Origin: Pseudomonadota bacterium
GTDB taxonomy: Bacteria; Bdellovibrionota; Bdellovibrionia; Bdellovibrionales; SG-bin7
Length of the DNA stretch: 61,388 nucleotides
Direction: 5' to 3'
Assembly (NCBI GenBank): GCA_034439715.1
Contig: JAWXAY010000067.1
Location: 1 to 61,388 of the forward strand
The notes beneath the pieces are model-generated. The model was not told the origin of the DNA, ran no database searches, and was given only the letters and a program-made list of their open reading frames with translations. This document shows, in pieces, positions 1 through 10,758 of this stretch. Position 1 is the stretch's first letter. Every line of letters begins with the position of its first letter. Made by a program: the position numbers and the translations under genes.

Positions 1-136
1 AGGAGAATTTAAAATTGGAAGGTTTCACTTATTTTTTCGACGCGTTAGTGAAAAAATTAAACAAAGTTAGAAACTTATTTTGTGAAAATGGCCCTTAAAC
101 CTCACCCGGTATACCCAACAAAGGGTATCAGTTTAA

Positions 137-769
137 TTAGCTATTTGAATGTCCCATCCACATAACTTTCAACGGTGTGTTCTTAATATTTAAATTACAC
201 CAGCTCATGGATGCCAACTGATGAGCTATGTCTTCAGGAGTCAGAATATGGTCGACATGATCAATCTCAATAGCATTAATGGGCATAGACTTAGATTTCG
301 CTGAGGCGGGCTCTTGTGCCATCGTTACACCACCAGCTTTTTCTTTTAAAACTTTAATTCCCTCCGATCCGTCAGAACCTTCTCCTGATAGAATAATCCC
401 AATGGATCCCAGAGCGCGGTCTTCTGCCAAAGAAAAAAGAAAATGGTCGATTGAATTATTGCCTCCTGTTTCGGGGCGCGGCACCAAATAAAGGTGTCCC
501 TCTCGAATTTCCATAAGTTTATTTGGAGGTAAAACGTATACGTGATTGGCAAGTAGTCCTATGCCATCGGTAACCTGAATGACCTGCATTTTTGTGGAAC
601 GGCTCAGAATTTCCGGAAGAAAGCTTTTTGAATCGCGTAAAATATGAGATAGCAAAACAAAGGCCATTCCTGTATTAGTTGGCAGGTTTTCGACAAGCTT
701 TTGAAAGGCAGCAAGGCCTCCCTTCGAAGCTCCGATAGCCACCACTCTTATGTTTTTTGCTTTTTCCAT
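137..769 (-). CDS. Stand-alone CheB-type methylesterase domain protein (no REC domain)
   Basis: GASKGG (Ser), LSH (His) and ILSGEGSDG (Asp) motifs plus AQEPASA...SMP; overlaps the end of the upstream hybrid gene. Confidence 0.9.
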   Translation of the reverse strand: MEKAKNIRVVAIGASKGGLAAFQKLVENLPTNTGMAFVLLSHILRDSKSFLPEILSRSTKMQVIQVTDGIGLLANHVYVLPPNKLMEIREGHLYLVPRPETGGNNSIDHFLFSLAEDRALGSIGIILSGEGSDGSEGIKVLKEKAGGVTMAQEPASAKSKSMPINAIEIDHVDHILTPEDIAHQLASMSWCNLNIKNTPLKVMWMGHSNS

Positions 770-3700
770 AAATTAGTTTTGCCCTCTGTAACCTTTAAAA
801 TCGCTATTCCCAATTCATTGGCTTCAACTGGTTTTGCGACATGGGCTTGAAATCCCGCCAAAAGTGCCTTTTTAGAATCCTCAGCAGTGGCGTAAGCACT
901 TAAGGCCAAGGCAGGAATATTGCACCAGGGTTTATCATTTAAACTTCGAATCTTACCTATCAATGCATAACCATCCTCACCGGGCATGGCGATGTCACTA
1001 ATCAGTATATCAGGTTTAAAATCTGGCAATTTTGCCAGTGCGTCTCCGGCTGACTCCACTGTCATCACATCAGCGCCAAAGGATTTCAGATATATACTTA
1101 TCGCCTCGCGCGTGCTTTGGTCGTCATCGACAAAAAGTATTCGCATTTTATCAAGCTTCGGCTGGCCTTTGATATCGTTACTAACAAGTTGCCTTACTTC
1201 AGGTCTTTTTACAGATCCATTGAGAGCCTGAGTGCGGACTATAGCAGACTTATCGCTGACAATAAGCGGGAAAACAACAGTGAATATCGCCCCCTCCCCT
1301 ACACTAGCATTTTCAACTTTAATAGTTCCATTGTGGAGCTCAACCAAACTATGAACGATGGAAAGTCCAAGCCCAAGCCCGCCGTGCACTCTAGTCGATT
1401 CACTGTCCACTTGGCTGAATCGATTAAATATATGCGGAATCGATTTCTCGGGAATTCCTTTTCCTTGGTCAGCTACAATAATTTGGGCCAATCGTTTGGT
1501 TTGGTCCCCGACAAATTCTAAGCGTACTTGAATGATGCCGCTCTGAGGAGAAAATTTGATGGCATTAGTCAAGAGGTTCCAAATAATCTGTTGAATGCGA
1601 ATGGGATCGGCGTAAACCACCGCTGACTCAGAACTTAATAAGGTTTCAATTTGAATAGATTTTTTCTCAGCTAAGGCACGAACCGAATCAAGAGCCGCGC
1701 GAATTACCGAATTAAGGTCGACTTCTTTTATCTCAAGTGCCAGTTTACCCAAGATGATACGCGAAACATCAAGCAGGTCATCAATGAGTTGATTTTGAGT
1801 TTTGGCACTTTGCTCTATCACTAAAGCCCCTTGCTTGGCTTTTTCAAAATCTACTTTTCCCTGACTAATCAACTGTGCCCAAGTAAGAATCGGCGAAAGA
1901 GGGGTCCGCAGTTCATGTGAAACAGTTGCCAGAAACACATCTTTGGCCCGGTTGGCCTTTTCAGCGTCTTCGCGAGCCGTTTTCTCTCGAGAGAGAATTT
2001 CTTTCATTTCTTTTTCGTAATGCCTTTGTTCCGTTACATCTAAAAAACTGACAAGGACAGCCGCTCGTTCCGAACCAGTCCAATGAATTTTTCCTCCGGA
2101 GAGAAGAATTTTACGAAGGCCAGAAATAGGTAACTCGCAATCCACTTCAATGTCGGCGAAAGATTTATTTTCTTCTACAGCTTGAGAGAACAACAGGCGC
2201 ATACCTTGTAAATTATCTCCACTGATATTCAGAGCAGCAAAAATATCCTGACCAACTGTCTGTTTGAATAGCTGAAAGTATTTGTAAAAAGACTGGTTCG
2301 CAGATTGAAATTGAAACTCATCATTCACGACGGCCAGAGGAAGGGGAACGGACTCAGCGACCGATGTAATATAGTCATGTGTTTCTTTGGCTCTTATTTC
2401 ATTTTTTTTGAGTGCATCAATATCTAATACCGTTATGACAGCGCCATCAATTTTGTTATCCACTCTCCTAAAAGGACGCACCTCTACCTGCCACCAACGG
2501 CTTTCGACATCCTGGACTTCGATTTTCTTTGGGCTCAAGGTCTCTACGACTTCTGTCACCATGACTTCTAGATTTATATCAAAATTGGATTTAATATCGT
2601 TGATGGGCCGGCCAATATCCGTGGTAATCAGATTGAAGGCACTTTTGGCCTTCGGCGAAAACCGACGAATACTAAGATCGCCCCCGACTATCAGGACAGG
2701 GTTTTCTACGCTGGCAAGTAAATTGTTGAGGTCGCTGCTGAGTGCCGACAGATCGGCATTCCGGATCTGCAACTCATCGTTAACTGTGACAAGCTCCTCA
2801 TTGGTTGACTGGAGCTCTTCCTTGGATGTCTCGATTTCTTCGTTGGCACTCATAAACTCTTCATTGGTGCTCTGCAATTCCTCATTGGCAGAGGTTAGCT
2901 CTTCTTGATTGGCTTCGTACTGCTCAATAAGTGCCTGTTGATAAGCTTTGATTTCTGAAAGTTCATTTTCAAGTTTCACCATCTTTATATGTTTGGCATC
3001 CGGAGTGGACTTCTGAGTGTTTTTGGCCTGGGTTTTTTTAGCTTTAACTTGTTGGACACTACGTACTTTTTTGGAGGTAGAAGTCTCCTTAAAGAGAACT
3101 AAAAATGTGCGGTCCTGGGGTTCGGCGAGAGGATTGGTCGGGAGTATTTCGATATCCACTCCTATTTGTTGGCCTTCGGCTTCAAAATGTACTCCCTGTT
3201 CTACAACCGCAGTATTTTCTTTTTTAACGGCGTTAATTGTGGCGCGAATGCTAGCCAATAACTCAGGTCGGGCCATCTTTAAAAGGTTAAGGCTTGGTTG
3301 TCCCGTAGCCGGCTCAAGAAATGGTGCCGTTCGACCACGAAACTGTAAGATTTCTAAATCAGCATTGATGATGACGCTGGGAGGGGCAAAAATTGACAGA
3401 GTAATTCTATCGGCATCCTTCTGAAAGTCGCTCTGAATCCGAGCTAAAGTTGGCGGCTCTTTTGTCACGCCCTTGAGTCCTCGTACGCGCTTGATTAGAG
3501 CATGAAATGCCATTGGAGTTGCTACGTTTACCTTAGAATAAACCTTGTGTGACTTTTCTACCAGGGTAAATAGTTTAGAAAACTCCCCTGGATTTTCAGC
3601 CTTTCCTAGCCACAAATACCCTCGTGGATTAAGTGCGTAGTGAAAAGTGGGAATAACCTGCTTTTGTAAGACACTCCCAAAATAAATCAAAACATTACGA

Positions 3701-4986
3701 CAAGAAATAAGATCTAGTCTGGCAAAAGGAGGATCACTGGTTACATCATGCTTCGAGAAAAGACACTGATCGCGAACCGACTTATTTATTCTATAACCAT
3801 CTTCGAGTCTGTCAAAAAATCGATCAAGTCGTTCTTTTGATACGTTTTGAGAAATGCTCTCGGGGTATTGACCAACACGACCTTTTTGGATGACCGGTTC
3901 GCTAATGTCAGTTGCAAAAATCTGAATTGGATTTTGCTTTTCTAAATCTCCCAAAAATTCAATTAAGGAAATGGCGATTGAATACACTTCTTCGCCCGTT
4001 GAACAGCCGGGCACCCATACCCGAATGGTCTCACCTGCAGGTTTGCTCTGCAAGAGAGCCGGAAAGATATTTTCTTTTAGCGCTATAAAGGATTCAGGAT
4101 CCCGAAAAAAATCCGTCACATTGATAAGGATATCATTGTAAAGTTCTGTCACCTCTTCCTTATAATTTTCGAGGTATTTGGCATAGTCCTGTAAATTTTT
4201 TGATCTATTTACTGACATTCGCCGCTGGATTCGCCGATTTAAAGTAGTCTGCTTGTAATCTGTAAAATCAATTTTTGTATGCTTTCGAAGTACTGCGTAG
4301 ATCGTGTGGAGAGGGTCGCTAGGAAGCAAATGTTCTGGCTGTTGTTCTGGCTGTTGTTCTGGCTGTTGTTCTGGCTGATTGGGATGAGTTTTTCTTCTTA
4401 CCAGAGCTCTAGCGATTTCAATTGGTGGCAGAACGAAATCTACGGCTCCAGCCGCGATGGCATTTTTAGGCATGTCCTGATATTTGGCTGATTCTGGTTG
4501 CTGGGCGTAAGTGATTCCACCCTCAGCCTTAATAGCCCGTAAGCCCGCTGATCCATCCGAACCAGTTCCCGAGAGAATAATGCCAATTGTCCTGCCTTTC
4601 TCTGACTGGGCAAGTGACTTTAAAAATATATTAATACTCTTATTTTGAACAGGTCCCTCAGAGCGTTTTGAAAGGTTTAAAACTCCTTTGTGGATTTCCA
4701 TATTGTGGTTTGGGGGAATAATGTAAACCTGATTGGGTTTAACTATTGTGCCATCCCGAGCTTCTTCAATTACTAACTTGGTGGATCGAGAGATAATTTC
4801 GACCGCCATGCTGGGATGGTTGGGATCTAAGTGCTGCACGAGCACAAATGCCATGCCTATATCAACAGGCATAGGGGACAAGAGGCCAATAATAGCTTCC
4901 AGTCCCCCCGCCGAGGCACCGACTCCTACGATCGGAAAACGAGAATTTTTTTGAGTCCTTTTGAGGGATTTCTTTTTTTTTGCCAT
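748..4986 (-). CDS. CheB/CheR fusion with coiled coil, PAS, histidine kinase and C-terminal REC domain
   Basis: N-terminal GASAGG/VQHLDP/GSDG; CheR VTDFFRD, WVPGCSTGEE, DLISCRNVLIYF; NEELQSTNEE coiled coil; SHELRTPL H-box, NAIKF, GGLGLGLSI; REC ILISDIAMPGEDG and KP. Confidence 0.95.
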   Translation of the reverse strand: MAKKKKSLKRTQKNSRFPIVGVGASAGGLEAIIGLLSPMPVDIGMAFVLVQHLDPNHPSMAVEIISRSTKLVIEEARDGTIVKPNQVYIIPPNHNMEIHKGVLNLSKRSEGPVQNKSINIFLKSLAQSEKGRTIGIILSGTGSDGSAGLRAIKAEGGITYAQQPESAKYQDMPKNAIAAGAVDFVLPPIEIARALVRRKTHPNQPEQQPEQQPEQQPEHLLPSDPLHTIYAVLRKHTKIDFTDYKQTTLNRRIQRRMSVNRSKNLQDYAKYLENYKEEVTELYNDILINVTDFFRDPESFIALKENIFPALLQSKPAGETIRVWVPGCSTGEEVYSIAISLIEFLGDLEKQNPIQIFATDISEPVIQKGRVGQYPESISQNVSKERLDRFFDRLEDGYRINKSVRDQCLFSKHDVTSDPPFARLDLISCRNVLIYFGSVLQKQVIPTFHYALNPRGYLWLGKAENPGEFSKLFTLVEKSHKVYSKVNVATPMAFHALIKRVRGLKGVTKEPPTLARIQSDFQKDADRITLSIFAPPSVIINADLEILQFRGRTAPFLEPATGQPSLNLLKMARPELLASIRATINAVKKENTAVVEQGVHFEAEGQQIGVDIEILPTNPLAEPQDRTFLVLFKETSTSKKVRSVQQVKAKKTQAKNTQKSTPDAKHIKMVKLENELSEIKAYQQALIEQYEANQEELTSANEELQSTNEEFMSANEEIETSKEELQSTNEELVTVNDELQIRNADLSALSSDLNNLLASVENPVLIVGGDLSIRRFSPKAKSAFNLITTDIGRPINDIKSNFDINLEVMVTEVVETLSPKKIEVQDVESRWWQVEVRPFRRVDNKIDGAVITVLDIDALKKNEIRAKETHDYITSVAESVPLPLAVVNDEFQFQSANQSFYKYFQLFKQTVGQDIFAALNISGDNLQGMRLLFSQAVEENKSFADIEVDCELPISGLRKILLSGGKIHWTGSERAAVLVSFLDVTEQRHYEKEMKEILSREKTAREDAEKANRAKDVFLATVSHELRTPLSPILTWAQLISQGKVDFEKAKQGALVIEQSAKTQNQLIDDLLDVSRIILGKLALEIKEVDLNSVIRAALDSVRALAEKKSIQIETLLSSESAVVYADPIRIQQIIWNLLTNAIKFSPQSGIIQVRLEFVGDQTKRLAQIIVADQGKGIPEKSIPHIFNRFSQVDSESTRVHGGLGLGLSIVHSLVELHNGTIKVENASVGEGAIFTVVFPLIVSDKSAIVRTQALNGSVKRPEVRQLVSNDIKGQPKLDKMRILFVDDDQSTREAISIYLKSFGADVMTVESAGDALAKLPDFKPDILISDIAMPGEDGYALIGKIRSLNDKPWCNIPALALSAYATAEDSKKALLAGFQAHVAKPVEANELGIAILKVTEGKTNLWKKQKT
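4331..4377. repeat. 12-bp tandem repeat (GTTCTGGCTGTT, ~3.8 copies) encoding (QPEQ)n in the CheB-CheR linker
   Basis: Perfect repeat read directly; protein reads NQPEQQPEQQPEQQPEH. Confidence 0.95.
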
Positions 4987-4992
4987 TAGCTA

Positions 4993-5460
4993 TTAGTGGT
5001 GAAAGGGAGGATGGTCTCCCAGGTCTATAAAACGATGAACGGCTTCCAAAAAATTTTCAGTGTCAATGGGTTTACGAATAAATCCTGCGGCTTTACTCTT
5101 GGGAACAGTGTCCATAGCAGAAACAAATACAATGGGAACGTCTTTGACAATTTCAGGTTTTTTCTCTTCAAGTATTGTTAAAAAATCAGATCCCGTCATA
5201 CCATCCATCTGCATATCAAGAAGTATCAAACAGGGCTTGGCTATTTGTGAGAGAACATCCAAAGCTTCAATCCCGCTTTGTGCTGTAAATACTTCAAAAC
5301 CATGGGACTCAAGTATGATTTTATGAACTTCTAACGTATCCACGCTGTCATCAATAATAAATACTGATCGCTTCTGCGATAAAATATCTTTACGACTGTG
5401 AGGATAAATTTCTTGAGTTATTTCCATCTGACAAATGGCACCATAAGCAAAAAATAACAC
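4993..5460 (-). CDS. Single-domain response regulator (REC); true start possibly ~5427
   Basis: FIIDD, LILLDMQMDGMTG, FVSA, IRKP. Confidence 0.9.
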   Translation of the reverse strand: MLFFAYGAICQMEITQEIYPHSRKDILSQKRSVFIIDDSVDTLEVHKIILESHGFEVFTAQSGIEALDVLSQIAKPCLILLDMQMDGMTGSDFLTILEEKKPEIVKDVPIVFVSAMDTVPKSKAAGFIRKPIDTENFLEAVHRFIDLGDHPPFHH

Positions 5461-5568
5461 AATGTCGAGGAATATAAACTTGACTAAGGAATAACCTTTC
5501 AGCTAATGCGCCTTAAATCAACAGAACTCACTTTTTTACAGTTAATTGAGGGGGCAAAATGCCCTGTG

Positions 5569-6330
5569 CTACTTTGGTTTTCCATGCGCAGATCCCAAAA
5601 GCAATGCGCGCTCTTTAAGGCCAAAAATTTTAATGAATTTCATAAAGGTTTTATTACTAAGGTCCACGGAGTTAGCAACATACAAGTCGGTTTCAGCAAT
5701 TATTTTCTCCGTGTTTAAAGGGGTGCTTGAGTCCAAAAGATCCTTTAAGTTTTTGGGATTTTGCAGCCAACGCTGAATCATGGCCCTGTCGACCTCAAGA
5801 TGAAACTGTAGTCCATAGACTTTTTCTCCATAACGAAAGGCCTGTCCTTCGCAAACTTTGGACCGAGCCAAATGTTCAGAAGATTTTGGAATATCAAAGG
5901 TGTCACCATGTACCTGAAATATTTTTTCTGTCGGTCTAAAATGCTCAAAGAGTGGATCCTTAGCTCCATTTGCTGTGAGCTCCACATCACACCAACCCAC
6001 TTCTTTTTCATGACTTTTTTTGACATCAGCACCTAATACGTGCGCCAAAAGCTGTGCTCCCAGACATATTCCTAAAATGGGAATGTTCTTTTTTAAAGCG
6101 CTTTCGATCAACTGAAGTTCCACTTTGATATGGGTGTAATGTTCGGCTTCGTAGACCCCCATGGAACCACCTAAAATAATCAGTCCATTATATTTTTCGA
6201 GTGATGGCTTTACGTCGGGGTGGCGCTCATAATTTACGTAGCGCACTCTAAAACCTTGCTGTTTCAGCAATGGATTGAGAGTGCCCAATATTTCATGCGC
6301 CACATGTTGAAAAACAATTACTTTTCGCAC
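5569..6330 (-). CDS. Type 1 glutamine amidotransferase (GMP synthase-like)
   Basis: GICLGAQ nucleophile Cys, HGDTF, GLQFHLE His/Glu. Confidence 0.9.
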   Translation of the reverse strand: MRKVIVFQHVAHEILGTLNPLLKQQGFRVRYVNYERHPDVKPSLEKYNGLIILGGSMGVYEAEHYTHIKVELQLIESALKKNIPILGICLGAQLLAHVLGADVKKSHEKEVGWCDVELTANGAKDPLFEHFRPTEKIFQVHGDTFDIPKSSEHLARSKVCEGQAFRYGEKVYGLQFHLEVDRAMIQRWLQNPKNLKDLLDSSTPLNTEKIIAETDLYVANSVDLSNKTFMKFIKIFGLKERALLLGSAHGKPK

Positions 6331-6365
6331 GCGATTACTTCACTTATATTTCACCTATATGTCAG

Positions 6366-7610
6366 CTACTCAACCTCTGTGTAATCAAGGTCCTTGGCAA
6401 AAGTTTCTTTAAGATTCAACAACGCTATATAAGCAATCGCCACACAAACAAGTCCAATAACCAAAGCACTATTTAAAACTGAGAAGCCATAAGTCGACGC
6501 GAGCGATTTAAAGGCGCTGGTAATTAATACCACTGATCCACGCACAAAATTAGGTACAGTTGTTGTCACTGTCGCTCTGATATTTGTGCCAAACTGTTCG
6601 CTTGCTACCGTTACAAAAATAGCCCAATAGCCAATGGCGAAGCCAAGCAGGCCACACACCCAATAAAAATGTGACAGGGTAACAGTTCCCATAAAAATAT
6701 AGTAAAAGACAAAGGCCAAAGTCATAGAGATAAATACAAAAATCACTTTTTTGCGATTTTTAAATAACTGACTCAATAAGCCGCTCGCCAAATCCCCCAA
6801 CGCAAGTCCGATATAGCAATACATGACAGCATATCCAGCCGAAACGCCTTCAATGCCCATGGCGAGAGACAACTCGGGTGAAAAACTAACCAGCACACCA
6901 ATCACAAACCAAATCGGCACGCCTATAAGGATACAATTTAAGTACTTTTTGAATCGCGACCAAGAACTAAACAACATCAAAAAATTTCCCCGCTTGGTTT
7001 TAGAGCCTTGCAAGGATTGATACATTCCTGAATCATAGATGCCAATTCTTAAGCCCAATAATAAAAATCCTAAGACTCCGCCCACGATATACGCGGTCGT
7101 CCAAGAAAATCTATTACCAATTTGTGCCGCCACAATCGCCCCACATATGCCCACACTGGCAACTATCGTCGTGCCGTACCCCCGAGATTCTTTAGACATG
7201 ATTTCGCTCACCAAGGTAATCGCAGCCCCCAGTTCGCCAGCCAATCCAATTCCCGCGATAAAACGCCAAATGCCATACCAAAAAACAGTGTCCACGTAGG
7301 CATTGGCTATATTAGCTGCGGAGTACAAAAAAATGGAGCCAAAGAGTACAGACACGCGACCCCTCTTATCACCTAAGACTCCCCATAATACCCCGCCAAT
7401 AAGCATCCCCGTCATTTGCATGTTGAGCAAAAAAAGTCCTTCGTTCATAAGTTCTGCTTGAGGTACACCTAAACTCCTTAGACTAGAGGTTCTGACGACG
7501 CTAAAAAGTATAAGGTCATAAATGTCGACAAAGTAACCAAGCGCCGCTACCAGAACGGTCATAATGATATTTTTGTTTTTATTTTTGTGGGTATTTTTAG
7601 GGGTGGACAT
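6366..7610 (-). CDS. MFS transporter
   Basis: 12 hydrophobic segments, GVLGDKRGR motif A, RFIAGIGLAGE. Confidence 0.92.
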   Translation of the reverse strand: MSTPKNTHKNKNKNIIMTVLVAALGYFVDIYDLILFSVVRTSSLRSLGVPQAELMNEGLFLLNMQMTGMLIGGVLWGVLGDKRGRVSVLFGSIFLYSAANIANAYVDTVFWYGIWRFIAGIGLAGELGAAITLVSEIMSKESRGYGTTIVASVGICGAIVAAQIGNRFSWTTAYIVGGVLGFLLLGLRIGIYDSGMYQSLQGSKTKRGNFLMLFSSWSRFKKYLNCILIGVPIWFVIGVLVSFSPELSLAMGIEGVSAGYAVMYCYIGLALGDLASGLLSQLFKNRKKVIFVFISMTLAFVFYYIFMGTVTLSHFYWVCGLLGFAIGYWAIFVTVASEQFGTNIRATVTTTVPNFVRGSVVLITSAFKSLASTYGFSVLNSALVIGLVCVAIAYIALLNLKETFAKDLDYTEVE

Positions 7611-7654
7611 AAAGGTAACTTTACATCATTTTTTTTTCAAAGTAAGGTATTTTA

Positions 7655-8299
7655 ATGCTTCATCAGTTAATTAAGTATTGGTTTGAAATCGTTGAGTCCG
7701 GAGGATACTGGGGCGTTTTTATTCTGATGGCCCTTGAAAGTTCGATTGTTCCAGTCCCCTCAGAAATTGTGATGCCACCGGCTGCCTACTGGGCATCCCA
7801 AGGAAAACTAAATTTTAATCTTGTGGTTTTAGCCGGAACACTTGGCAGCTATTTTGGCTCTGCCGTTAGTTATTGGGGGGCTCACTGGCTAGGTCGTCCC
7901 CTGTTACACAAATATGGCAAATACATTTTGATACCTGAAGATAAACTCATCATGGCTGAGAACCTAGTAAGAAAATATGGGGTTCCGGGTGTTTTTATCT
8001 CTCGGCTTTTGCCAGTAATTAGGCATTTGATTTCGATGCCCGCGGGTGTTTTTAGAATGCCTTTCTTTAAATTTAGCGTGGTAACCACGCTGGGGGCCGG
8101 GATTTGGTGTTATATATTAGCTTGGTTTGGTCAAGTGACACTAGGAAACTCTCCCCAACTATTAGACTCGCCTGAAGAAATGATTTTCGTGATGAAATCC
8201 AAGCTCAGCTGGTTTGTTCTGTTCGTGGCGATTTTAGCATTGCTGTATGCGGGACTCTTATTTTTCCAAAAAAAGTTTTTAGCAAAAAGAAAAGTTTGA
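7655..8299 (+). CDS. DedA family membrane protein
   Basis: LMALESSIVPVPSE and SRLLPVIRHLISMPAG. Confidence 0.92.
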   Translation: MLHQLIKYWFEIVESGGYWGVFILMALESSIVPVPSEIVMPPAAYWASQGKLNFNLVVLAGTLGSYFGSAVSYWGAHWLGRPLLHKYGKYILIPEDKLIMAENLVRKYGVPGVFISRLLPVIRHLISMPAGVFRMPFFKFSVVTTLGAGIWCYILAWFGQVTLGNSPQLLDSPEEMIFVMKSKLSWFVLFVAILALLYAGLLFFQKKFLAKRKV

Positions 8300-8313
8300 A
8301 CTTGCTCTAATCC

Positions 8314-9687
8314 ATGGGCATAGTACCGATAATTGAAATGAATACCGAACAACCTTCAGAGCCAAAACTAGAACCTATTGAAGAAATTCCTTTTCTGCAG
8401 TCGTTATTGGAATCGTGGCCTACCCTAACTCTCGAACAACGTCTTGAAAATTTTCAAAAACTATCTCGCGAAGACGCAGAAGAGGTTTTTCTTAACCTCG
8501 GTGCCGCTGATCAGTACGATCTAATTTTGAGTATGCTCCCGGCCACTAAAAGGTCATGGGTTAGACTTCTCGCGCCTGACGATGCCGCCGATCTCATTCA
8601 GCAGTTTTCTCCGGAAGATCGCATTGGCATTTTGGCATTATTAGATGATGCCACTCGACACGAAGTCACCGCCCTATTGGCATATGCCGAAGACGATGCG
8701 GGTGGCTTGATGAACTCCCGCTTTATCAGGCTTCGTCCCGAAGCTTCTGTTGACGTGGCACTTAGATATATTCGTGCTCAAACACGTAGCTCCATTGAAG
8801 CCACTCACTATGCTTATGTCCTTGCCCCCGACCAGAAACTACTCGGAGCACTGTCTTTTAGGGATTTATTGCTGGCTCCTCCCGATAAACTTGTCAGCGA
8901 AATCATGGAGTCTGAAGTCGTCACTATGCCTGAGGATATGCATCAAGAAGAAGTGAGTCGGCGCTTCGCACAAACCGGTTTTGCAGCTATTCCTGTCGTC
9001 GATAGCGAATTTCGCATGAAGGGTATCGTCACAATCGATGACGTCGTTGAAATTGTGCACGAAGAAGCCACTGAAGACATCCACAAAATCGGAGGTAGCG
9101 TCGCTCTCGGTGCGCCCTATCTTGATGTCAGTTTTGGCCATATGATTAAACAAAGGGCTTTTTGGCTAACCGTTTTATTTATAGGCGAAATGTTTACAGC
9201 GACCGCAATGTCTCATTACGAAAAAGACATTCAACGAGCAGTCGTCTTAGCTTTTTTTATTCCCTTGATTATCAGTAGTGGCGGCAACACAGGTTCCCAG
9301 GCCGCCTCAATCATTATTCGTGCCCTGGCATTACGCCAGTTGCGACTAAGTGATTGGTGGCGCGTTCTTAGGAGAGAGATATTTTCTGGCCTGACACTCG
9401 GTGCCTTCTTAGGGGCTATCGGACTTTTTCGAATAGTTTTTTGGCCAAACCGAATTGAAGCTTACGGGGAACATTATATGTTGATTGGCGCAACGGTTTC
9501 TATCAGTCTCGTAGGCGTGGTCCTATGGGGAGCCATCGCCGGCTCGATGCTGCCCTTCATACTGAGCCGATTTAAACTTGACCCTGCTACGGCCTCAACT
9601 CCACTAGTGGCAACGCTCGTCGACGTTACTGGTTTAGTTATCTATTTTTCATTGGCAAATCTTATTTTAAGTGGCACAATTCTTTAA
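8314..9687 (+). CDS. mgtE: Magnesium transporter MgtE
   Basis: MgtE N domain, CBS pair, EEATEDI, SGGNTGSQ, DPATASTPLVATLVDVTG. Confidence 0.95.
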   Translation: MGIVPIIEMNTEQPSEPKLEPIEEIPFLQSLLESWPTLTLEQRLENFQKLSREDAEEVFLNLGAADQYDLILSMLPATKRSWVRLLAPDDAADLIQQFSPEDRIGILALLDDATRHEVTALLAYAEDDAGGLMNSRFIRLRPEASVDVALRYIRAQTRSSIEATHYAYVLAPDQKLLGALSFRDLLLAPPDKLVSEIMESEVVTMPEDMHQEEVSRRFAQTGFAAIPVVDSEFRMKGIVTIDDVVEIVHEEATEDIHKIGGSVALGAPYLDVSFGHMIKQRAFWLTVLFIGEMFTATAMSHYEKDIQRAVVLAFFIPLIISSGGNTGSQAASIIIRALALRQLRLSDWWRVLRREIFSGLTLGAFLGAIGLFRIVFWPNRIEAYGEHYMLIGATVSISLVGVVLWGAIAGSMLPFILSRFKLDPATASTPLVATLVDVTGLVIYFSLANLILSGTIL

Positions 9688-10755
9688 ATGACCAATGACA
9701 ACGTCAGCGTAAAAAATGAAATCGGTCTTAATGGCATAGAGTTTATCGAGTTTACCTCGCCTCAACCCGACGCCTTACACAAGTTATTTTCAAATTTTGG
9801 TTTTTCAAAATTAGCTGTTCATTCCGCAAAAAAGGTTGATTACTACAACCAAAATGACATTCATTTATTATTAAATCGTGAGCCCAATAGTTTTGCAGAT
9901 ACTTTCTGCAAGACCCATGGACCCTCAATTTGTTCCATGGGTTGGCGAGTGCAAAATGCCGCTGAGGCTCTTAAGCTCGCTGTCTCCAGAGGAGCGACAA
10001 TCGCCAAGAAAGTGGACTACCCCCTTCCGGCGATAGTGGGGATTGGCGAAAGTCTCATTTACTTTATTGAGGACACAAAAAAAACCAGTCAAGATATCAG
10101 TCACAATAACATTCGCTATGAAAAATTGGGGTTCAAAAAACTAGAAGAACCAACTCTCGTTACTGAAAAGCGTTTTTTGGCAATAGATCATCTAACCAAT
10201 AATGTCCCCCAAGGCACCATGGAAAAGTGGGCAAAATTTTATAAAGAAATATTTGGCTTTACCGAAGTTCGCTATTTTGACATTAAGGGAGCTAAGACGG
10301 GACTTCAATCTTATGCCCTGCGCTCCCCTTGCGGAAAATTTTGCATCCCCATTAATGAAGGTACTGAGAAAAAATCTCAGATCAACGAATATCTCGATGA
10401 GTATAAGGGGCCTGGCATCCAGCATTTGGCCTTTTTGACTGATGATATTTTAGTTTCTCTGAAGCGTCTTGAGGGCACTGGCATTGAAACTCTAGATATA
10501 GATGACGAATATTATGAGTCTGTTTTTGACCGAGTTCCAAACGTGACCGAAGACAAAAAAGTAATACAAAAGTACAAAGTGTTAGTCGATGGGGATGAAG
10601 AAGGCTACTTACTACAAATTTTTACTAAAAACATTGTCGGCCCTATTTTTATAGAAATCATTCAACGTAAAAACCATCACTCCTTTGGTGAGGGCAATTT
10701 TGGTGCGCTCTTTCGCTCCATTGAACGCGATCAACAAAAACGCGGATATTTGTAA
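9688..10755 (+). CDS. hppD: 4-hydroxyphenylpyruvate dioxygenase
   Basis: IDHLTNNV, GPGIQHLA, LLQIFT, FIEIIQR, FGEGNFGALF.SIE. Confidence 0.96.
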   Translation: MTNDNVSVKNEIGLNGIEFIEFTSPQPDALHKLFSNFGFSKLAVHSAKKVDYYNQNDIHLLLNREPNSFADTFCKTHGPSICSMGWRVQNAAEALKLAVSRGATIAKKVDYPLPAIVGIGESLIYFIEDTKKTSQDISHNNIRYEKLGFKKLEEPTLVTEKRFLAIDHLTNNVPQGTMEKWAKFYKEIFGFTEVRYFDIKGAKTGLQSYALRSPCGKFCIPINEGTEKKSQINEYLDEYKGPGIQHLAFLTDDILVSLKRLEGTGIETLDIDDEYYESVFDRVPNVTEDKKVIQKYKVLVDGDEEGYLLQIFTKNIVGPIFIEIIQRKNHHSFGEGNFGALFRSIERDQQKRGYL

Positions 10756-10758
10756 ATA

